Positions 60,565-64,000 of a stretch of 64,000 bases of DNA are shown here, one piece after another. The notes beneath the pieces are model-generated. The model was not told where the DNA came from. It saw only the letters and a list, made by a program, of their open reading frames with translations, and did not search any database. Each line of letters begins with the position of its first letter. Positions within the stretch are counted from its first letter, which is position 1. This stretch comes from an uncultured virus (IMG/VR IMGVR_UViG_2859243816_000004) (Duplodnaviria > Heunggongvirae > Uroviricota > Caudoviricetes). The stretch covers positions 1 through 64,000 of the IMG/VR virus record IMGVR_UViG_2859243816_000004; one strand, given 5' to 3'. Made by a program: the position numbers and the translations under genes.

Positions 60565-61398
60565 TCAGCAATTGGTCAGAGAGCCAGCAGGCGCAGAGCC
60601 GCCCGGCGTGCGCTGGCGAAAATCTTTGCGGCTATCTTCCTGGCTCAGCTTCTGCTGCAGCTCGGCAAATGCCGTGGTTTGCGCCTGCAGCGCTGTTTCC
60701 AGTTCAGAAAGGCGCGTGCCCTGCTCAGATAAGGATTTTTGCGTGCTGTCGCCCAGGCTCTGCTGTTCGGTTGCCAGCAGCTCCACGGCTTTATGCACAT
60801 CAGAGAATCGCGCATCGTCGCTTTGTTCTTTTTTGGTGAACATCGCAGCAACACGGGAAAAGAGGTTCGGCTTTTCGTCCTGAACTTCTTCCAGTTCAAT
60901 CACCGTTTCTTCTGCAGCGGTAAACAGGTTTTCCGGGCTTTGCTTACGATTCGCCAGCGGGTTTTGCTTAGCGCTAGCGCTGAAAGCCAGCATTTCAGTT
61001 CCCAGACTTGCCGGATCGTCAGTTGCCGCAAGCCCCACCAGATAGGCTTTGCCGGTATCAGCAAATTTCGGACTGACCTCCATGGAGGTGAACTGCTTTT
61101 GCCACTGCTTAATCAGGCTTACCAGATCGGGGGATGGGTTAATTTCGGCATACAAAGCCATTTTTCCTTTCAGCGGCCCATCCGTGATTTCCTCAGCGGT
61201 CAAACCGACGACATGCCCATAACGCTTAAACGTGCCATCCGGTGAATATCCTTTGATGTGCTCAAGGTTGATTTGTGCGGTATACACCGCCGGGTTATAG
61301 CTGGCAGCCATCTGAACTAGCCATTCACGCTGGATTTCGCGCCCGTCAGTGGTGGCACCTTCCACCCCGATACGGAATCGCTTTGTTTTCACTGTCAT
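60565..61398 (-). CDS. P2 gpO scaffold
   Basis: EGATTDGREI; TDDPASLGTE. Confidence 0.92.
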   Translation of the reverse strand: MTVKTKRFRIGVEGATTDGREIQREWLVQMAASYNPAVYTAQINLEHIKGYSPDGTFKRYGHVVGLTAEEITDGPLKGKMALYAEINPSPDLVSLIKQWQKQFTSMEVSPKFADTGKAYLVGLAATDDPASLGTEMLAFSASAKQNPLANRKQSPENLFTAAEETVIELEEVQDEKPNLFSRVAAMFTKKEQSDDARFSDVHKAVELLATEQQSLGDSTQKSLSEQGTRLSELETALQAQTTAFAELQQKLSQEDSRKDFRQRTPGGSAPAGSLTNC

Positions 61399-61475
61399 GA
61401 GCTGTGCTCCGTTAGAAAAACTTACTGGAGCCTTATGTTTGCTGTGATGGAGGGGGTGAAACAACGCGCGCGCCT

Positions 61476-61493
61476 TGTGCGATAAACCACACA
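61476..61493. promoter_or_regulatory. Ogr-binding site between divergent O and P
   Basis: TGT-N12-ACA. Confidence 0.7.
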
Positions 61494-61539
61494 AAACGCA
61501 GTCAGGGAAAGGCTGCAATCAAGGCCGTATGTTTGAGCC

Positions 61540-63303
61540 ATGGAAACCATGACCCCCGCAGACCTCGATCCCCGCAGGCAGGCAATGCTGCTGTATTTTC
61601 AGGGATACCGCGTAGCCCGCATTGCTGAAATGCTGGGCGAGAAAGTTGCAACCGTTCACAGCTGGAAAAAGCGTGATAAGTGGGGCGAGTATGGCCCACT
61701 CGATCAGATGCAGCTCACCACTGCAGCCCGCTATTGCCAGCTCATCATGAAGGAGCAGAAAGAAGGGAAGGACTTTAAGGAAATTGACCTGCTGGCACGT
61801 CAGTCAGAGCGTCACGCCCGGATCGGGAAATTCAACGATGGCGGGAACGAGGCTGATTTAAATCCGAAAGTTGCCAACCGCAACAAAGGCCCGCGCCGCC
61901 AGCCTGAAAAGAATGTTTTCACAGATGAGCAGATCGAAAAGCTGGAGGAAATATTCCGTGGCGGTATGTTCGAATATCAGCGCCACTGGTGGCAGGCAGG
62001 CGTTAAGCACCGCATCCGCAACCTGCTTAAATCCCGTCAGATAGGCGCAACGTATTTCTTTGCCCGCGAGGCGCTGATCGACGCTATCACCACCGGGCGC
62101 AATCAAATATTTCTCTCCGCCAGCAAGGCGCAGGCACACGTCTTTAAGCAATACATCATCGACTTTGCCAAAGAGGTTGATGTGGAGCTGAAAGGCGACC
62201 CGATGACGCTCAGCAACGGCGCCACGCTGTATTTCCTCGGCACAAACGCCCGCACCGCGCAGAGCTACCATGGCAACCTTTACCTTGATGAATATTTCTG
62301 GATACCGAAATTCCAGGAGCTACGCAAAGTGGCATCTGGGATGGCGATTCACAAAAAATGGCGGCAAACCTATTTTTCCACGCCGTCCAGCCTGACCCAC
62401 AGCGCCTATCCGTTCTGGTCGGGCGCCCTGTTCAATCGGGGCCGCGCAAAAGCTGACAAGGTAGATATTGACCTGACCCACGCCAATCTGGCGCGCGGCG
62501 TGCTTTGCCCAGATGGACAATACCGCCAGATCGTCACCGTTGAGGATGCCGTGCGCGGTGGCTGTAACCTGTTCGACCTCGACCAGCTGCGCATGGAATA
62601 CAGCCCTGACGAATACCAGAACCTGCTGATGTGTGAATTTATTGACGATCTGGCGTCCGTGTTCCCGCTCAGCGAGCTGCAGGCCTGCATGGTGGACAGT
62701 TGGGAAGTCTGGACTGATTTTCAGGCACTGGCGCTGCGTCCGTTTGGCTGGCGTGAAGTCTGGATCGGTTATGACCCGGCGAAAGGTACGCAGAACGGTG
62801 ACAGCGCCGGTTGCGTCGTCATTGCCCCGCCATCAGTATCGGGCGGCAAGTTCCGTATTCTGGAGCGTCACCAGTGGCGCGGAATGGACTTTCGCGCCCA
62901 GGCTGACGCTATCAAAGCCCTCACGCAGCAATATAACGTGACCTATATCGGCATCGACTCAACCGGCGTAGGCCACGGCGTCTATGAGAACGTTAAAGCC
63001 TTTTTCCCCGCCGTCCGCGAGTTCGTTTATAACCCGAACGTCAAAAACGCCCTGGTTCTCAAGGCATACGACATTATCAGCCACCGCCGCCTGGAGTTCG
63101 ACGCAGGGCACACCGACATCGCGCAATCCTTTATGGCAATCCGCCGGGCCACCACCGCCAGCGGCAACCGCCCAACATATGAAGCCAGCCGAAGTGAAGA
63201 AGCCAGCCATGCAGATTTGGCCTGGGCAACGATGCACGCGCTGTTTAACGAACCGCTGCAGGGCGAGGCCGCTAATACCAGCAATATTGTGGAGATTTTC
63301 TAA
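61540..63303 (+). CDS. P2 gpP terminase ATPase subunit
   Basis: KSRQIGAT; LYLDE; HADLAWA. Confidence 0.93.
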   Translation: METMTPADLDPRRQAMLLYFQGYRVARIAEMLGEKVATVHSWKKRDKWGEYGPLDQMQLTTAARYCQLIMKEQKEGKDFKEIDLLARQSERHARIGKFNDGGNEADLNPKVANRNKGPRRQPEKNVFTDEQIEKLEEIFRGGMFEYQRHWWQAGVKHRIRNLLKSRQIGATYFFAREALIDAITTGRNQIFLSASKAQAHVFKQYIIDFAKEVDVELKGDPMTLSNGATLYFLGTNARTAQSYHGNLYLDEYFWIPKFQELRKVASGMAIHKKWRQTYFSTPSSLTHSAYPFWSGALFNRGRAKADKVDIDLTHANLARGVLCPDGQYRQIVTVEDAVRGGCNLFDLDQLRMEYSPDEYQNLLMCEFIDDLASVFPLSELQACMVDSWEVWTDFQALALRPFGWREVWIGYDPAKGTQNGDSAGCVVIAPPSVSGGKFRILERHQWRGMDFRAQADAIKALTQQYNVTYIGIDSTGVGHGVYENVKAFFPAVREFVYNPNVKNALVLKAYDIISHRRLEFDAGHTDIAQSFMAIRRATTASGNRPTYEASRSEEASHADLAWATMHALFNEPLQGEAANTSNIVEIF

Positions 63304-64000
63304 TGGGCAAATGTAAGAACCGCCGCGCCGCGGCTAATCACAACACAAATACCAGCCGCGGCGCAGCGGCAGAAGCATTCAGCTTCGGTGATCCGATCCC
63401 GGTACTGGACCGCCGCGAATTACTGGACTATGTGGAATGCGTGCAGATGGACAGGTGGTATGAGCCACCGGTGAGTTTTGACGGGCTGGCGCGCACCTAC
63501 CGCGCCGCCGTGCACCATAGCTCGCCCCTTGCTGTGAAACGTGACATTCTCTGCAGCACCTATATCCCGCACCGCCTGCTCAGCCAGCAGGCATTTACCC
63601 GTTTTGTGCAGGATTATCTGGTTTTTGGTAACGCCTATCTGGAGAAGCGCACCAATCGGCTCGGCGGCGTGCTTTCACTGGAACCAACGCTGGCGAAATA
63701 CACCCGCCGTGGGGTGGACCTCGATACATACTGGTATGTGCAATATGGCCTGAAAACTCAGCCCTATGAGTTTACGACTGGTAGCGTTTTTCACCTGATG
63801 GAGCCTGATATTAACCAGGAGATTTACGGTTTGCCGGGTTATCTGTCCGCTATTCCATCAGCGCTGCTGAATGAGTCTGCAACGCTGTTCCGCCGCAAGT
63901 ATTACATTAACGGCAGCCACGCGGGCTTTATCATGTACATGACTGACGCGGCACAGAACCAGGAGGACGTGAACAACATCCGTCAGGCGATGAAAAGCGC
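63303..64000 (+). CDS. P2 gpQ portal (partial, runs off the window)
   Basis: AFSFGDPIPVLDRRELLDY...WYEPP; open to the window end. Confidence 0.9.
   Translation, partial: MGKCKNRRAAANHNTNTSRGAAAEAFSFGDPIPVLDRRELLDYVECVQMDRWYEPPVSFDGLARTYRAAVHHSSPLAVKRDILCSTYIPHRLLSQQAFTRFVQDYLVFGNAYLEKRTNRLGGVLSLEPTLAKYTRRGVDLDTYWYVQYGLKTQPYEFTTGSVFHLMEPDINQEIYGLPGYLSAIPSALLNESATLFRRKYYINGSHAGFIMYMTDAAQNQEDVNNIRQAMKS

Larger units (their letters stand above)
43131..64000. mobile_element. P2/Fels-2-like prophage, late region (continues beyond window)
   Basis: ogr-D-U-T-E-FII-FI-G-H-I-J-W-V-S-R-lysis-X-L-M-N-O-P-Q order next to an ssrA att. Confidence 0.95.

Noticed and set aside
59388..60839. long antisense ORFs (also 49182-50177, 52040-52918, 12842-13669)
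   Set aside because: shadow frames of well-recognised structural genes

Overview
Enterobacterial chromosomal window (genus not determinable here) made almost entirely of tandem prophage DNA. (i) 1-1263 is the end of an upstream element: a DUF4236-like gene, then a 3' half-copy of tRNA-Pro(GGG) acting as an att site. (ii) About 1.3-43.1 kb is a near-complete lambdoid prophage. It has lambda-type cos, terminase, portal and a ClpP-capsid fusion, a P2-type contractile tail, a lysis cassette, Q, replication and immunity genes, xis-int, and three DNA methyltransferases. Its AT-rich cargo includes a CSS-EAL phosphodiesterase, a lipoprotein, an att-adjacent membrane protein, and a GNAT-like gene plus a 53-aa gene in the Q-to-lysis slot. 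It ends at a 3' tmRNA (ssrA) fragment. (iii) 43.1-64 kb is the late region of a P2/Fels-2-like prophage (ogr to portal, continuing beyond the window), with an acyltransferase moron and a membrane-protein moron. Main oddities: the lambdoid prophage is bounded by two different att cores (tRNA-Pro and tmRNA); its CI repressor is frameshifted right at the catalytic Ser; P2 gene D carries an amber stop. The uORF/GNAT-like/periodic-repeat/small-protein cassette behind pR'/tR' is the best candidate for an undescribed toxin-antitoxin or anti-phage module. All family calls come from motif recognition, not database searches.
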